Shown here in pieces: positions 28,421 to 38,676 of a stretch of 58,697 bases of DNA (within the stretch, counting starts at the first letter, position 1; every line of letters starts with the position of its first letter). The translations under genes were made by a program, and so were the position numbers. The notes below the pieces were generated by a model. The model did not search any database and had not been told where the DNA came from. It worked only from the letters and a program-made list of their open reading frames with translations. The stretch is from Candidatus Micrarchaeota archaeon (GTDB lineage: Archaea > Micrarchaeota > Micrarchaeia > Micrarchaeales > CABMGC01): positions 1 through 58,697 of the forward strand of contig JAJYJW010000002.1 of assembly GCA_021789155.1 (NCBI GenBank). Reading direction: 5' to 3'.

Positions 28421-29692
28421 TCATTCCGCGTAAGAAACTACCTTGTACTCTTTCCCGCCAGAAAGATGCTTTCTTATCTGCCAGAATAATGCAGCTGATG
28501 AAAGCACTATTACAGCGGCAACATAAAGGGGCGCTGCAGGCGATATCTGCGCGGCGAAGAAACCCGCTATAAGAGGAGGTATTGCCTGTGCTATAGCTAC
28601 AACGCTCGAATTCATGCCCAATACTTCTCCCTGTATGTTGCTATCTGCAGACCTGCTGACAATGGCAGGCAAATACGCCATCGTTATTCCGTTGAATAGC
28701 GAAAATATCGGTATTATGAATAGGAGTTGCCATGGCGCTGTTGGGAACACGTATACAAGAAGCATTATGCCCGAACCAAGAAGGGTTATGCCCAATATCT
28801 CATGCTCTTTGTTGTGCGGAAGTCTGCGAAGCACGAATAACTGCGTGATAGCAACGCATATGCCGACAAAAGCAAACATGTTGCCTATGTCTCCTTGCGT
28901 CCATCCGAATCTCCCTATATAGTAGACTGCAATGAAAGTCGTAAAGAATGTGAATCCTGCCTGGTACAGGAATATCGTAGATAGTATACCGCGTATGCTC
29001 TTGCTTTTGAGAGATTTCTTGATGTTGCTTAAAGATTGCATTATGTTGAGTTTCCTATCGCTGACCTTCTGGATAGTTTCCGGAAGCACGAAAATCACGA
29101 GCAGGGTTTCTATGAAACTGAGCAATGCGGCGAAGAAGAACGGAGTACTAGAAGTAAACCACGATACGATTTTAGGTTCTGATAACACTCCCCCTAGAAA
29201 AGGGCCTATTATGAACCCTAAACCGAAAGCTGCACCTATCAAACCGAAGTTTTTGGCCCTGTTTTCAGGTTTTGTAACATCTGCTATTGATGCCTGAGCT
29301 ATTGAGATGTTGCCCCCGGTTATCCCGTCTATCGCCCTTGAAAAGAACAGCAGGGGAATGTTTGATATTATGAGGCCTAATGCAAACAGCAGATAGGATA
29401 AGCACGTTCCTGCAACCGAAATCGCCAGGAGCCTTTTCCTTCCATACTTATCGGAAAGCTGTCCCAAAATAGGCGCTGCGAGGAACTGCATTATCGAGTA
29501 TGTTGCAAGCAGCAATCCAAGCAGTATGTAACCCATGCTCAAAGGAGTTCCCTTTGGCAACATGTAGTAAGATGATGCGGGATCAGCGAAAACAACCGTT
29601 ATCACAGGTATAAGTATGCCGAACCCTATCAAGTCAACGAATACGATGAAGAATATTATAGAAAGGATTCTTCGTTCTAACCCATCTTCCAT
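28421..29692 (-). CDS. MFS efflux transporter (TetA/DHA1-like)
   Basis: 12 TM segments with GQLSDKYGRK (motif A) and GFIIGPFLGG (motif C). Confidence 0.92.
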   Translation of the reverse strand: MEDGLERRILSIIFFIVFVDLIGFGILIPVITVVFADPASSYYMLPKGTPLSMGYILLGLLLATYSIMQFLAAPILGQLSDKYGRKRLLAISVAGTCLSYLLFALGLIISNIPLLFFSRAIDGITGGNISIAQASIADVTKPENRAKNFGLIGAAFGLGFIIGPFLGGVLSEPKIVSWFTSSTPFFFAALLSFIETLLVIFVLPETIQKVSDRKLNIMQSLSNIKKSLKSKSIRGILSTIFLYQAGFTFFTTFIAVYYIGRFGWTQGDIGNMFAFVGICVAITQLFVLRRLPHNKEHEILGITLLGSGIMLLVYVFPTAPWQLLFIIPIFSLFNGITMAYLPAIVSRSADSNIQGEVLGMNSSVVAIAQAIPPLIAGFFAAQISPAAPLYVAAVIVLSSAALFWQIRKHLSGGKEYKVVSYAE

Positions 29693-29757
29693 ACTGAAAG
29701 CTTTAGAAGCATAAATATAAGCACTTTGCCCTTAGACAGACGCTCACGTAAGAAGGG

Positions 29758-30174
29758 TTATTGCCCGTATTTCTTTCTCGTTATCCTCAATTGGGCCAAT
29801 GCCCTGGTTATCTTGCTAGCCTCTTCGGAGTCTCTAAGGAATACCAGTGTGTCTACGTTGGTATTTTCGTTGTTTGCTACAAGTTGCTTTATCTCATCAT
29901 CAGGATCATTGCTTAGCTCATCTAACCTTATAGGGTCGGTGCAATTTGCGGCTTCAAGTCTTTTCGCTACAATGGGATCTTCGGAATTAGTTAGAGCGTC
30001 TGCACTCCTTACCGTTTTCAATGGCTCAGTGTCCTTTTCATCACGGAATGCGTTTGCGGCTTCCTCGTGAAGTTCATCAAGTATATCCTTGAAATCGGAA
30101 AACACTTCACTATCTGCTGCAGCATTTCTTTCAGCTTCTTCCTTGCTTATTTCCTTAAACACCAAGTTCACCAA
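29758..30174 (-). CDS. hypothetical protein with an LRV/HEAT-like repeat
   Basis: LDELSNDPDDEIKQLVANNENT. Confidence 0.55.
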   Translation of the reverse strand: MVNLVFKEISKEEAERNAAADSEVFSDFKDILDELHEEAANAFRDEKDTEPLKTVRSADALTNSEDPIVAKRLEAANCTDPIRLDELSNDPDDEIKQLVANNENTNVDTLVFLRDSEEASKITRALAQLRITRKKYGQ

Positions 30175-30293
30175 TCCGATTGCTCATGATAGATTTAAAA
30201 ACAGACAACATTGATAGCGCACATCTATTGCCATTCAATCTTGGAAAACCGTAAATATCTGAACCAACCAATTAGGGATTACACGGTGAAAGT

Positions 30294-30908
30294 ATGGAAA
30301 TAGCAATAATAGGCAGTGGAAAAGTAGGGAAAAGCATAGGGACAGGATTGTTAAAATCAGGAAACAAAGTTGTGTATGGGTCAAGAAATCCTGCGCAGGC
30401 AACGGTGCCTGAAGGCGCTGCGAAAGCAAGCGTGGAGGAAGCGGCAAAAAAAGCAGAAGTGATATTCCTCGCTGTACCATATTCTGCGGTTAAGGAAACG
30501 ATTGCAAAGCTCAAGAATGCAGGAATCGCAGGAAAAACAGTCGTAGACGTTACAAACATAATCGGGCCTAACATGGAATGGGCCATGGGATTCAACAGCT
30601 CAGGCGCAGAGGAACTCGCAAAGGAATTGCAGGGAGTAGACGTGGTTAAGGCATTCAACACCGTATTCGCGGAACACATGTCAACAGGAAAGCTTAATGG
30701 CGAAAAACTCAGCCTGTTCATGGCAGGGGATAATCCGGCGGCAAAGGGCAAGGTTAAGCAACTGGCAGAACAGATCGGATTCGAAGCGTGCGACGCAGGC
30801 GAATTGAAGAATGCAAGATACCTTGAGCCTTTGGGATTGCTGATGATAAACCTAGGGTTCGGAATGAAGATGGGAACGAGGATAGGGTTCAAATTGGTAA
30901 AGGAGTAG
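30294..30908 (+). CDS. NADPH-dependent F420 reductase family oxidoreductase
   Basis: GSGKVG, GSRNP, VIFLAVP, VDVTN and VVKAFNTV. Confidence 0.88.
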   Translation: MEIAIIGSGKVGKSIGTGLLKSGNKVVYGSRNPAQATVPEGAAKASVEEAAKKAEVIFLAVPYSAVKETIAKLKNAGIAGKTVVDVTNIIGPNMEWAMGFNSSGAEELAKELQGVDVVKAFNTVFAEHMSTGKLNGEKLSLFMAGDNPAAKGKVKQLAEQIGFEACDAGELKNARYLEPLGLLMINLGFGMKMGTRIGFKLVKE

Positions 30909-31015
30909 AATTCGCAGGGCAAGCTTCAACGCTTGCCTACTTTGTTTGATTGCTATTCCTAATTGTAAAATGAGCGCGTGGCAACTTTTATTAATACGCG
31001 TCTTACATTAAATCT

Positions 31016-31825
31016 ATGGTAGTGAAACCCTACATTGGAGTTACCGGAGCAAGCAGCGTAATAGAGGTTAACGGGATTCTTGCCGCATTCGAAAACATGC
31101 GCATAACCATGGATTCTCCTTTTTTGCCTATGCTTGGCGTTCAGGTTTCACACAAAAGTCTTTTCACTGGGAAGAGCGAAGGCAACCTAAGGGTTCCTGA
31201 AATGGCAGAAGTCCCGAATATCCTTGCGGCAGTAAAAGGCAAGGCGTTCTCGACCATACATTACTACACAGTCAATGTAGACAAAATCGTAGAAGAAATA
31301 ACGACGCTTATGGAATACGGCCATATTTACGATAAACGCTTGGTAAACGGATTGCAATTGAATATTTCATTGCCACAGCCATCGGAGATAGACGCGATAA
31401 AGAAGAGATATCCGGATATTGCAATAACTATACAAATTGACTACAAAAACATGGACAAGAACATGATCGAACTCTATTCGAACATACTATCAAAATGCTA
31501 CGCCAACGTAGATTACATTCTTTTGGATGCATCATTGGGAAAGGGCGTTGAATTGAACCCAAACGTTGTTAGGGAAGCCTACGACTCTTTCAAAAATTCA
31601 AAATCAAATGCAACGATAATCGTTGCCGGAGGGATAGGCCCTCAAAATGTGGAAGAAATAGCGACTGCACTCAAGGCGATGGCAAGAGGCGATGCTTTTG
31701 GAATTGATGCTGAAGGAAGATTGAGGGACAAAGTCGGAGATGGTTACGGCAACGACAAACTCAACATGCAATATGTTAACGGATATCTCGCTGGAGCGAA
31801 GAAGGTCCTGTGCAATAAGCTTTAA
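31016..31825 (+). CDS. phosphoribosylanthranilate-isomerase-like TIM-barrel protein
   Basis: YILLDASLGKG, VAGGIGPQNV and GIDAEGRLR. Confidence 0.6.
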   Translation: MVVKPYIGVTGASSVIEVNGILAAFENMRITMDSPFLPMLGVQVSHKSLFTGKSEGNLRVPEMAEVPNILAAVKGKAFSTIHYYTVNVDKIVEEITTLMEYGHIYDKRLVNGLQLNISLPQPSEIDAIKKRYPDIAITIQIDYKNMDKNMIELYSNILSKCYANVDYILLDASLGKGVELNPNVVREAYDSFKNSKSNATIIVAGGIGPQNVEEIATALKAMARGDAFGIDAEGRLRDKVGDGYGNDKLNMQYVNGYLAGAKKVLCNKL

Positions 31826-31855
31826 ATACATTTAAACTCTAAGTGTGTTGCATAT

Positions 31856-31951
31856 GGGCGCGTAGCTCAGCCTGGTTAGAGCGATGGTCTTATAGTTAGA
31901 ACCATCTAATATGAAAGCCATAGGTCGAGAGTCCAAATCTCTCCGTGCCCA
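31856..31951 (+). tRNA. tRNA-Ile(UAU) with a 21-nt intron at 37/38
   Basis: Acceptor GGGCGCG/CGTGCCC; anticodon arm ATGGT-CT TAT A^A-GCCAT; intron GTTAGAACCATCTAATATGAA forms a BHB-like motif. Confidence 0.88.
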
Positions 31952-32017
31952 TACGTTTCTTGCTGCAACATACAGCATATATTTTATATTGTTCCTGCGA
32001 AATAGTAACACCCTCAT

Positions 32018-32138
32018 GGCGGGGTAGCTCAGCCTGGTTAGAGCGCTAGACTCATATGCTAAGCAATATGAGTGATGAGCTTTATGCTATGATTGCTAAG
32101 AAATCTAGAGGTCGCGTGTCCAAATCTCGCCCCCGCCA
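32018..32138 (+). tRNA. tRNA(CAU), probably elongator Met, with a 46-nt intron at 37/38
   Basis: Acceptor GGCGGGG/CCCCGCC; anticodon arm CTAGA-CT CAT A^A-TCTAG. Confidence 0.85.
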
Positions 32139-32230
32139 AACGGTTCTTATCCTTAGATTTTCGCATTGCAGAAGCAAACCACCATTCAATAATTATTTAT
32201 ACCAATTCCAGACAAAGTGAATTTGATTAA

Positions 32231-33817
32231 ATGGTTGAGATTGAGAAAACAAGAAGCGCACACGTAACCGAGGATCACACTCTTGAAAGCCTGCTTAAAC
32301 CTTATCTGAAGGAAGATCCGGCGCTTTTGACCAAGGTAAAGCTCCTCATGATTTCAACCGTAGACGGAAGGTACAGGGACAAACTCGAGCGCTTGGCGGA
32401 ATCGTACAGCGAATACTCGCTGATAAAGAGGCGCATAGAGATAGAGGTTGCATATTTGCTCGCGCTGGAAAGGACCGGCATAATCATGGAAAAGGGCGCT
32501 GATGGAAAGATGAAACCAAGGCAATTCACTACAGAAGAAGTCAATACGCTAGAATCTCTAGGCAAGGGCATAACCCTTGATCAGGCAGCCAGGATAAAGG
32601 ACATAGAAGACGTGACGAAACACGATGTCAAGGCGATGGAAAGGGGAATCGGCGAATTCCTGAACGGCACCAGCCTCGAGAGCATAACCAATTACGTGCA
32701 CTACGGGCTTACGTCTGAAGACATAAACAACATCTCATACAGGCTTAACTTAAGGGAAGCATTGCAAGATGTTTGCATACCTAAGCTAAACGAACTGGTA
32801 AACATATTGATAACGAAATCGAGGCAGTATCGCGATGTTCCAATGCTTGCGAGAACCCACGGACAGCCAGCGCTTCCCACAACCCTTGGAAAAGTCTTTG
32901 CGGAAATGGCGGTCAATCTGTCGTATGACGTGAAGGAACTGGAGGAAGCGGTTTCAAAGGACGGCTTCCTGACTGGAAAGCTCAACGGCGCAGTGGGAGA
33001 CCTCAATGCACTCGCGTTCACCTCGCCTAACGTAGATTGGATAAAATTCTCCGCGAACTTCGTAAGGTTCTTCGACCTCAAGCCGAACCTTGTAACGAAG
33101 CAGATAAACCCATACAGGGACATAGTGAAAGTTCTCCAGATAATAGACAGGATAAACGGAAGCATGCTGGACATAGAGCAGGACACGTGGCGCTACATAA
33201 GCGACAAATGGTTCATATTGACGAAAGGCAAAGGGGAAATAGGCTCTTCGACAATGCCGCAAAAAACGAATCCGATAGACCTTGAAACAGGGAAAGGCAG
33301 CCTTGAGATAGCTGATGCGATACTGTCAGAACTAAACAAGTCCTTGATGGTAACGCGCCTTCAGAGAGACGTTTCGGACAGCACCAAAATGAGGGACATA
33401 GGCTTCGCATTGGGAAGAAGCTTGCTAGCATATACAAACGTGGCTAACGCATTCAAGAAAATATATCCTGATGTTGGGAAGATGAGCGAAGCGCTCAATG
33501 AAGACTGGAGCATACTGACAGAAGCGGTACAGACATTATTGAGATTGAACGATGTCAAGGACCCATACTCGCTCGTAAAGGATTCCCTTCCGGCAAGCGG
33601 AAAGATACAAGGAAAGGAAGAATGGGTTTCATGGATAAACAGCCTCCAAATAGAGGATAGATTCAAGGAAAAGCTGCGTGATTTAACTCCTGAAAAATAC
33701 ATAGGGCTTTCAAAGAGGCTTACTGACATCGGCATGGCAGAAGTCCTTGGAGATACAGAAATAGTTGATTCCGCATACGATTGGAAGAACAACGCGTTCA
33801 AGGCAATACGAAACTAA
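32231..33817 (+). CDS. purB: adenylosuccinate lyase
   Basis: HDVKA, HYGLTSEDINN, ARTHGQPA, GSSTMPQKTNP and RLQRD. Confidence 0.92.
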   Translation: MVEIEKTRSAHVTEDHTLESLLKPYLKEDPALLTKVKLLMISTVDGRYRDKLERLAESYSEYSLIKRRIEIEVAYLLALERTGIIMEKGADGKMKPRQFTTEEVNTLESLGKGITLDQAARIKDIEDVTKHDVKAMERGIGEFLNGTSLESITNYVHYGLTSEDINNISYRLNLREALQDVCIPKLNELVNILITKSRQYRDVPMLARTHGQPALPTTLGKVFAEMAVNLSYDVKELEEAVSKDGFLTGKLNGAVGDLNALAFTSPNVDWIKFSANFVRFFDLKPNLVTKQINPYRDIVKVLQIIDRINGSMLDIEQDTWRYISDKWFILTKGKGEIGSSTMPQKTNPIDLETGKGSLEIADAILSELNKSLMVTRLQRDVSDSTKMRDIGFALGRSLLAYTNVANAFKKIYPDVGKMSEALNEDWSILTEAVQTLLRLNDVKDPYSLVKDSLPASGKIQGKEEWVSWINSLQIEDRFKEKLRDLTPEKYIGLSKRLTDIGMAEVLGDTEIVDSAYDWKNNAFKAIRN

Positions 33818-34374
33818 CCTAAGATTCGCTTGCGCAGGGCTGCTCGCGCAGCCCTTGATTGCACTGCTCCATCAAGTATGAATCTAGGATTTCCAGAAAA
33901 CAGCTTGTTCGCGATTTCTATGAATCTGTCGAAGTTCACCGCAACCGGAACTACCTTCTCGCTTGAATCGTTCTGCCCTTTCAGTTTACCTGCACATTCT
34001 CTTGCCACGAACCAATATCCTTTCCAGTCAATGTGCCACGGATTCATGTCGTCGAATCCCAGTAATTCCCAATCCTTTGACTTAAGCCCAGTTTCCTCGA
34101 ATAGTTCCCTTTTAGCGGCGGATAACGGTTTTTCGCCCCTATCGCATCTGCCCCCAGGAAGCCAGTAATGGCTCTTTATCCCTGGCTGAGTTTCCTTCGT
34201 AACTATTATCTTCCCATTAAGAACCGCTATCACGTTGACGCTGTACAATCTTGTTGCTTTCTCGAATGTTGAATAGGAGCCATCGAATTGCTTCTGCTCC
34301 CACTGGTAGACATCGAACATTATTCCATTGAATACGCGCTTCGCGCTTTTCGGAACAGCACCCATGAACAACAT
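33814..34374 (-). CDS. NUDIX hydrolase (ADP-ribose pyrophosphatase-like)
   Basis: LPGGRCDRGEKPLSAAKRELFEETG. Confidence 0.9.
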   Translation of the reverse strand: MLFMGAVPKSAKRVFNGIMFDVYQWEQKQFDGSYSTFEKATRLYSVNVIAVLNGKIIVTKETQPGIKSHYWLPGGRCDRGEKPLSAAKRELFEETGLKSKDWELLGFDDMNPWHIDWKGYWFVARECAGKLKGQNDSSEKVVPVAVNFDRFIEIANKLFSGNPRFILDGAVQSRAARAALRKRILG

Positions 34375-34395
34375 TAATGCTTCCCATGGAATGTT

Positions 34396-35169
34396 TTAAT
34401 CCTTTACTGCGATGTACCTATTCCTGTTCATGAGCGCATTCTCAAGAATTGTCGCGCTGCTGAATCCGACATTCTTCAGCGATTCCGCAAACCTGTCCGC
34501 ATCGAACATCGCAAGCTCTGAAGTATCGACGTAATAGGAAACCCCTTTGCCTTTCTCCGCTATTAGATAATGCTCCTCAAGGACCGAAATGGCAGCATCG
34601 CCACCGTTCCTCCTAACAGTGCTGTATCCGACTCTTGATATTTTCAATTCGTCGGATTCATAGTTTTTCATATGTACTGCGCCTTCATGGAACTGCTCTT
34701 CAGTAAACCATCCGTCGATTATTACAACGCCTCCAGAATTTAGGTGACTGTAGAAGTTTTTCAGGGTATTTGCCAGGTTTTGATAGGTTTTGGTATATCC
34801 TATTGCACCGAATAGACATGTTATCACGTCAAACTTTACGCCCAAGTTCATGTTAACTATGTCTGCCTCCACCAAACCTACGTCTGTGACATTCCTTCTT
34901 GCAACCTCAAGCATCTGCTCGTTCACGTCAGTTCCAGTGCATCTGAAACTGTCCTTTAGGTATTTGAGGTGCATTCCGGTTCCGCAACCCACATCCAGCA
35001 ACGCATTACCAAAATTCACCTTGTACTCATTTACCAAGTCCTTGATGATCTCGGATTCTTCCCTATAGTCCTTAGCATCGGAATATATCTGGTCATAGTA
35101 CTTTGCTAGATCTTTGTACATTATGTCTTCACCTTGTTTTTCCAAAACATTGTTTTTTACATTGTTCAT
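34396..35169 (-). CDS. class I SAM-dependent methyltransferase
   Basis: LLDVGCGTG, FDVITC and LNSGGVVIID. Confidence 0.9.
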   Translation of the reverse strand: MNNVKNNVLEKQGEDIMYKDLAKYYDQIYSDAKDYREESEIIKDLVNEYKVNFGNALLDVGCGTGMHLKYLKDSFRCTGTDVNEQMLEVARRNVTDVGLVEADIVNMNLGVKFDVITCLFGAIGYTKTYQNLANTLKNFYSHLNSGGVVIIDGWFTEEQFHEGAVHMKNYESDELKISRVGYSTVRRNGGDAAISVLEEHYLIAEKGKGVSYYVDTSELAMFDADRFAESLKNVGFSSATILENALMNRNRYIAVKD

Positions 35170-35178
35170 ATTATCACA

Positions 35179-35466
35179 TCATTCGCTTACGCTAAAATCG
35201 CAATATTCAAAATCGGAATTGCCGCTCATCAACGCGGTGACATAATTGCCGAGCTCGCTTATCCAAACCCCCTTGTTCAATTCTATTTCTATCAAACCAA
35301 GTTCTGAGAGCGTCCTTGCGTTTGCCTTGAGGGTGGAAAGAGCTATTCCCTCAGAGTCGGATAGTTCGCATAGAACCGAGGTTATGGAGTATCCGCTGCG
35401 TTTCTTTATCCTGTTCAAAATCAGAAGCTGGTTCCTGCCAATAGCTCGCGCTATTACTCGTTGCAA
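35179..35466 (-). CDS. winged-helix DNA-binding protein
   Basis: IALSTLKANARTLSELGLIE...VWISELG; start uncertain. Confidence 0.6.
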   Translation of the reverse strand: MQRVIARAIGRNQLLILNRIKKRSGYSITSVLCELSDSEGIALSTLKANARTLSELGLIEIELNKGVWISELGNYVTALMSGNSDFEYCDFSVSE

Positions 35467-35589
35467 GCCTTTTGCAAGGCCATTGCTGGTTGGTACGCAT
35501 CACTTTTCATAAGTTTTCACCTTGCCAAATTCGTAGTATTAAAGTGCGATTTCAGATATATAAAAGCAATGGGCAGAAATTCTGCCTAC

Positions 35590-36381
35590 TTATTCGCCTA
35601 TACTCCATAGGTATATGGAACGCATCAAACTCCTAGGAATGTACTTGCCTAACCAGGACTTGTATATCCTGTACCCAAAAGACACTATTGCAAAACTTGG
35701 CGCTTGGGTGAATGTCCTAACTTTAGAGTCTGTTTCCACAACCACATATTCAAGAGGCATCTCCCTAACGTCGTACTTAGCAAGCTTCATCTCGTAGAGC
35801 AGGTTTACGTCGAAAGTCCAATCCTTGAGTATGAGAAGATGAAGAACGCTCTTCAAAGATTCTCCCTTGAACACCTTCGCACCGCACTGCGTATCGAGAT
35901 AATCCATTCCGAAGAGGACTCGGACTATGCCGTTGAAGAACCTGCTAGCTACGTTCCTAGATGTGCTTCTCTTCCCTATCAGCTTGCTCCCTTTCATGTA
36001 TCGCGAACCTATCAGGCCATCGCAATTCTGTTTCTGTAACTCGGTAAACATGCGAACCATTTCGCTTCCGCTTACGGACATGTCTGCATCTACGAAGCCT
36101 ATGAACTCCGGATCATAGGTTTTGCAAGCGTACTTGAACGCTTCCCTCACGACGCCGCCTTTGAAAAGGCGCTCGGTTGAATTGGGATTGTACAGGATTA
36201 TGTTCTCGCATTTCTTTTCGTATTCCCTTACTATCTGGTCTGTTTTGTCCTTGCTCTCAGATACTACGACTACCTTGCAATCAGTTCCGTAAGCTTTCAC
36301 GAACTCATCCATTACGTTGTCAAGGCGCGGAGCAATCCTGTTCTCTTCGTTATACGCTGGAATTACAAGGCAGTATTTCAT
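35590..36381 (-). CDS. GT2 dolichyl-phosphate glycosyltransferase
   Basis: VIPAYNEE, FVDAD, GSRY and DTQCGAKVF. Confidence 0.9.
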   Translation of the reverse strand: MKYCLVIPAYNEENRIAPRLDNVMDEFVKAYGTDCKVVVVSESKDKTDQIVREYEKKCENIILYNPNSTERLFKGGVVREAFKYACKTYDPEFIGFVDADMSVSGSEMVRMFTELQKQNCDGLIGSRYMKGSKLIGKRSTSRNVASRFFNGIVRVLFGMDYLDTQCGAKVFKGESLKSVLHLLILKDWTFDVNLLYEMKLAKYDVREMPLEYVVVETDSKVRTFTQAPSFAIVSFGYRIYKSWLGKYIPRSLMRSIYLWSIGE

Positions 36382-36517
36382 CAGAATACCAATTGAGCAG
36401 ATTAACTATGACATGCACACCTATATAATTACTGTCATAGGGTATGGACAGATTACGACAAATGAAGATATCCCTGCTTGCAACAAAGGCTTTTATATCT
36501 AGATTGCATGGAAGACA

Positions 36518-37351
36518 ATGGATGCAATGGAAGTGGTGCTCAACACTAATCAATATATTCGCAAGGTAGTCGGGATAAGCAATGCATTCGGCCCACCGGA
36601 TTCGGTGTTTAGGCAAATGCTAAAGTACAACAGCTGGATACTGGGAAAGCCGTTTTACTCTGCATGTGAGGTGTATAAATTAACCAAATCTACTGCATTT
36701 GACGCTGCATGGACAGATTTGCTTGACTCAAACATAGAAGATACGCTGAAAACGAAAAAACACCCGGAATTATTAAGACTTTTGAACGCGATAGAACTGC
36801 CCACGAGCAAAGAAACCGATGCTGGGGAAAAACGCGTGCTGCTGATATTGAAAAAACTCTTGAATAAGCATTGCTCGGAATTTGAAAGATATTCAAACAA
36901 AACATTCGAACTTAAATTCCCAGATAAAATAAACCTGGTAGTTGAATTGTCGCGCACATTCGGAACTTTCGGAGGCACTATGCCAACGAAGAACATGCTG
37001 ATCAGCATAGAAGTTCACCAGAATGATCCGAATCCAATATCAGTCGTCTTTCACGAAATGCTACATGCCCTGTTTAAGTTTAACGGGATAAAATTCAAGA
37101 CAAATTACATCGAGGAAGCATTCCTCGATTATTTCACCCTAGATGGATTACTGGAAAAGGACTTGGGGTTCATAGACAGCTTCGATGCTGAGAAGAAACA
37201 CGAATTCAACGTAATTCATCGTAGATATGCCAAGGCAGAGTCTGACGCATTGCTGCCTTTGTTCAGCAAATATGTGATTGCTGGGGCGCAAGGCAGCATA
37301 TGGAAAGCCATGAAAACCGCAGGCATGACCGACTCCTTTCTATTAAAGTAA
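36518..37351 (+). CDS. hypothetical zincin-like protein
   Basis: VFHEMLH plus a downstream EEA (HExxH...E). Confidence 0.55.
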   Translation: MDAMEVVLNTNQYIRKVVGISNAFGPPDSVFRQMLKYNSWILGKPFYSACEVYKLTKSTAFDAAWTDLLDSNIEDTLKTKKHPELLRLLNAIELPTSKETDAGEKRVLLILKKLLNKHCSEFERYSNKTFELKFPDKINLVVELSRTFGTFGGTMPTKNMLISIEVHQNDPNPISVVFHEMLHALFKFNGIKFKTNYIEEAFLDYFTLDGLLEKDLGFIDSFDAEKKHEFNVIHRRYAKAESDALLPLFSKYVIAGAQGSIWKAMKTAGMTDSFLLK

Positions 37352-37420
37352 TTCATTACGCGTATAATATCGTGCAATTACATCAGACGAAGATTTTTAA
37401 AAGTTTAATATGTAAGGGTC

Positions 37421-38170
37421 TTGGTGTTAAGATTGGTATTACATTTACTGGGATTGCTGTTACAAAGCAATGGCGGGGCTTACGTGAGCGCACTATCGGT
37501 ATATACTGAGGCAACTATATCGATACTGATAACGCTTCTTACCCTACTGGCTCTTTCAATACAGCTTGCAAGAGGCTACTTCCTCAGGATATTGAGGAAA
37601 TTCACTCTTAGGCTTGCCGCAGATATCTGGTGGCTTATTTACATAATATTGCGCGATGCGAGCATATTCCTTATAGTGTTCATGGGATTCATGTTATTCT
37701 GGCCTGGAATATATCAGGATTTCCCGATTGCAGTACCTTTCCAGCCTTTGGCAATAGTGGTATTTGCAGGCGCACTGCTTCTGATGTACCTTAAAGACAC
37801 GGATGAGGAGCCTTACTGGAACAGCATACTTACCATACTAGTGATAATAGGAACAACGCTGTACGCTGGAGGAACTGTGCTTGTCACTGAAAGCGCAACA
37901 CAGCTTGGAACGTTGCCACCAACAGTATCGATGAATACGGACAACATATGGGGCTTCTTCAACACTTACTTCAATTCGATGAACAACCCCGCTATGTCGA
38001 TATACACGTTCTACGTATGCTTCGTTTCACTCGTTGTGATAGCACTCATTGCCATACTCAAGTCGTTTGATGGAGGGATAAGCAACAGGAACATAGAGCC
38101 TAAACCGCAGCCGATAGTGAAGGAAACCGCGCCTGCCCAGCCAGCGCAACAGAAACAAGTAACGAAGTGA
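37421..38170 (+). CDS. multi-pass membrane protein
   Basis: About 5-6 hydrophobic segments; coupled to the ferredoxin gene. Confidence 0.7.
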   Translation: MVLRLVLHLLGLLLQSNGGAYVSALSVYTEATISILITLLTLLALSIQLARGYFLRILRKFTLRLAADIWWLIYIILRDASIFLIVFMGFMLFWPGIYQDFPIAVPFQPLAIVVFAGALLLMYLKDTDEEPYWNSILTILVIIGTTLYAGGTVLVTESATQLGTLPPTVSMNTDNIWGFFNTYFNSMNNPAMSIYTFYVCFVSLVVIALIAILKSFDGGISNRNIEPKPQPIVKETAPAQPAQQKQVTK

Positions 38171-38174
38171 GCGA

Positions 38175-38624
38175 TTGGCATTCCAATTCAGCTTCGACAA
38201 TATGAAATGCATACAGTGCGGAATATGCGGTGATGTGTGCCCTGTAAATACACTAGACTTTACAAGGCCTAGGCACACGCACGTGGAAGACACGAAGATA
38301 TTCACCGATGTTACTACGGACATGACCGAATACCCTATTCAAGTAGACAAGTGCATTGGGTGCATGATATGCCGCGAAGAATGCCCAGTAACCTGCATTA
38401 GCATATTGGAAGTTGCAAAGGAACCTAAGTACGCGCCGAAGCAGGGACCAATGCTTACAGTTGAGCCAACAAAGGACGAGTTCAAACTTTCCAGATTCAC
38501 CAAGATACGCCCTACAAAAATGAAAACTAAGGATCCATGGGGCAATATCTACACGTACATTCCAAAGAGAAGGAAAGGCCAGAGCAGGACTTGGAACGAA
38601 AAGGACATGTCAGATAACAAATGA
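38175..38624 (+). CDS. 2x[4Fe-4S] ferredoxin-domain protein with a C-terminal extension
   Basis: CIQCGICGDVCP and CIGCMICREECP. Confidence 0.88.
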   Translation: MAFQFSFDNMKCIQCGICGDVCPVNTLDFTRPRHTHVEDTKIFTDVTTDMTEYPIQVDKCIGCMICREECPVTCISILEVAKEPKYAPKQGPMLTVEPTKDEFKLSRFTKIRPTKMKTKDPWGNIYTYIPKRRKGQSRTWNEKDMSDNK

Positions 38625-38676
38625 TGGCAGACGGGTCAAGGCTTAAATACTTTTAAAATGCTTTATAAGCGATTGG

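Noticed and set aside
32058..32102. Nested second intron within the CAU tRNA intron
   Set aside because: The GCAAT/ATTGC stem is present, but I could not build a convincing inner BHB motif.
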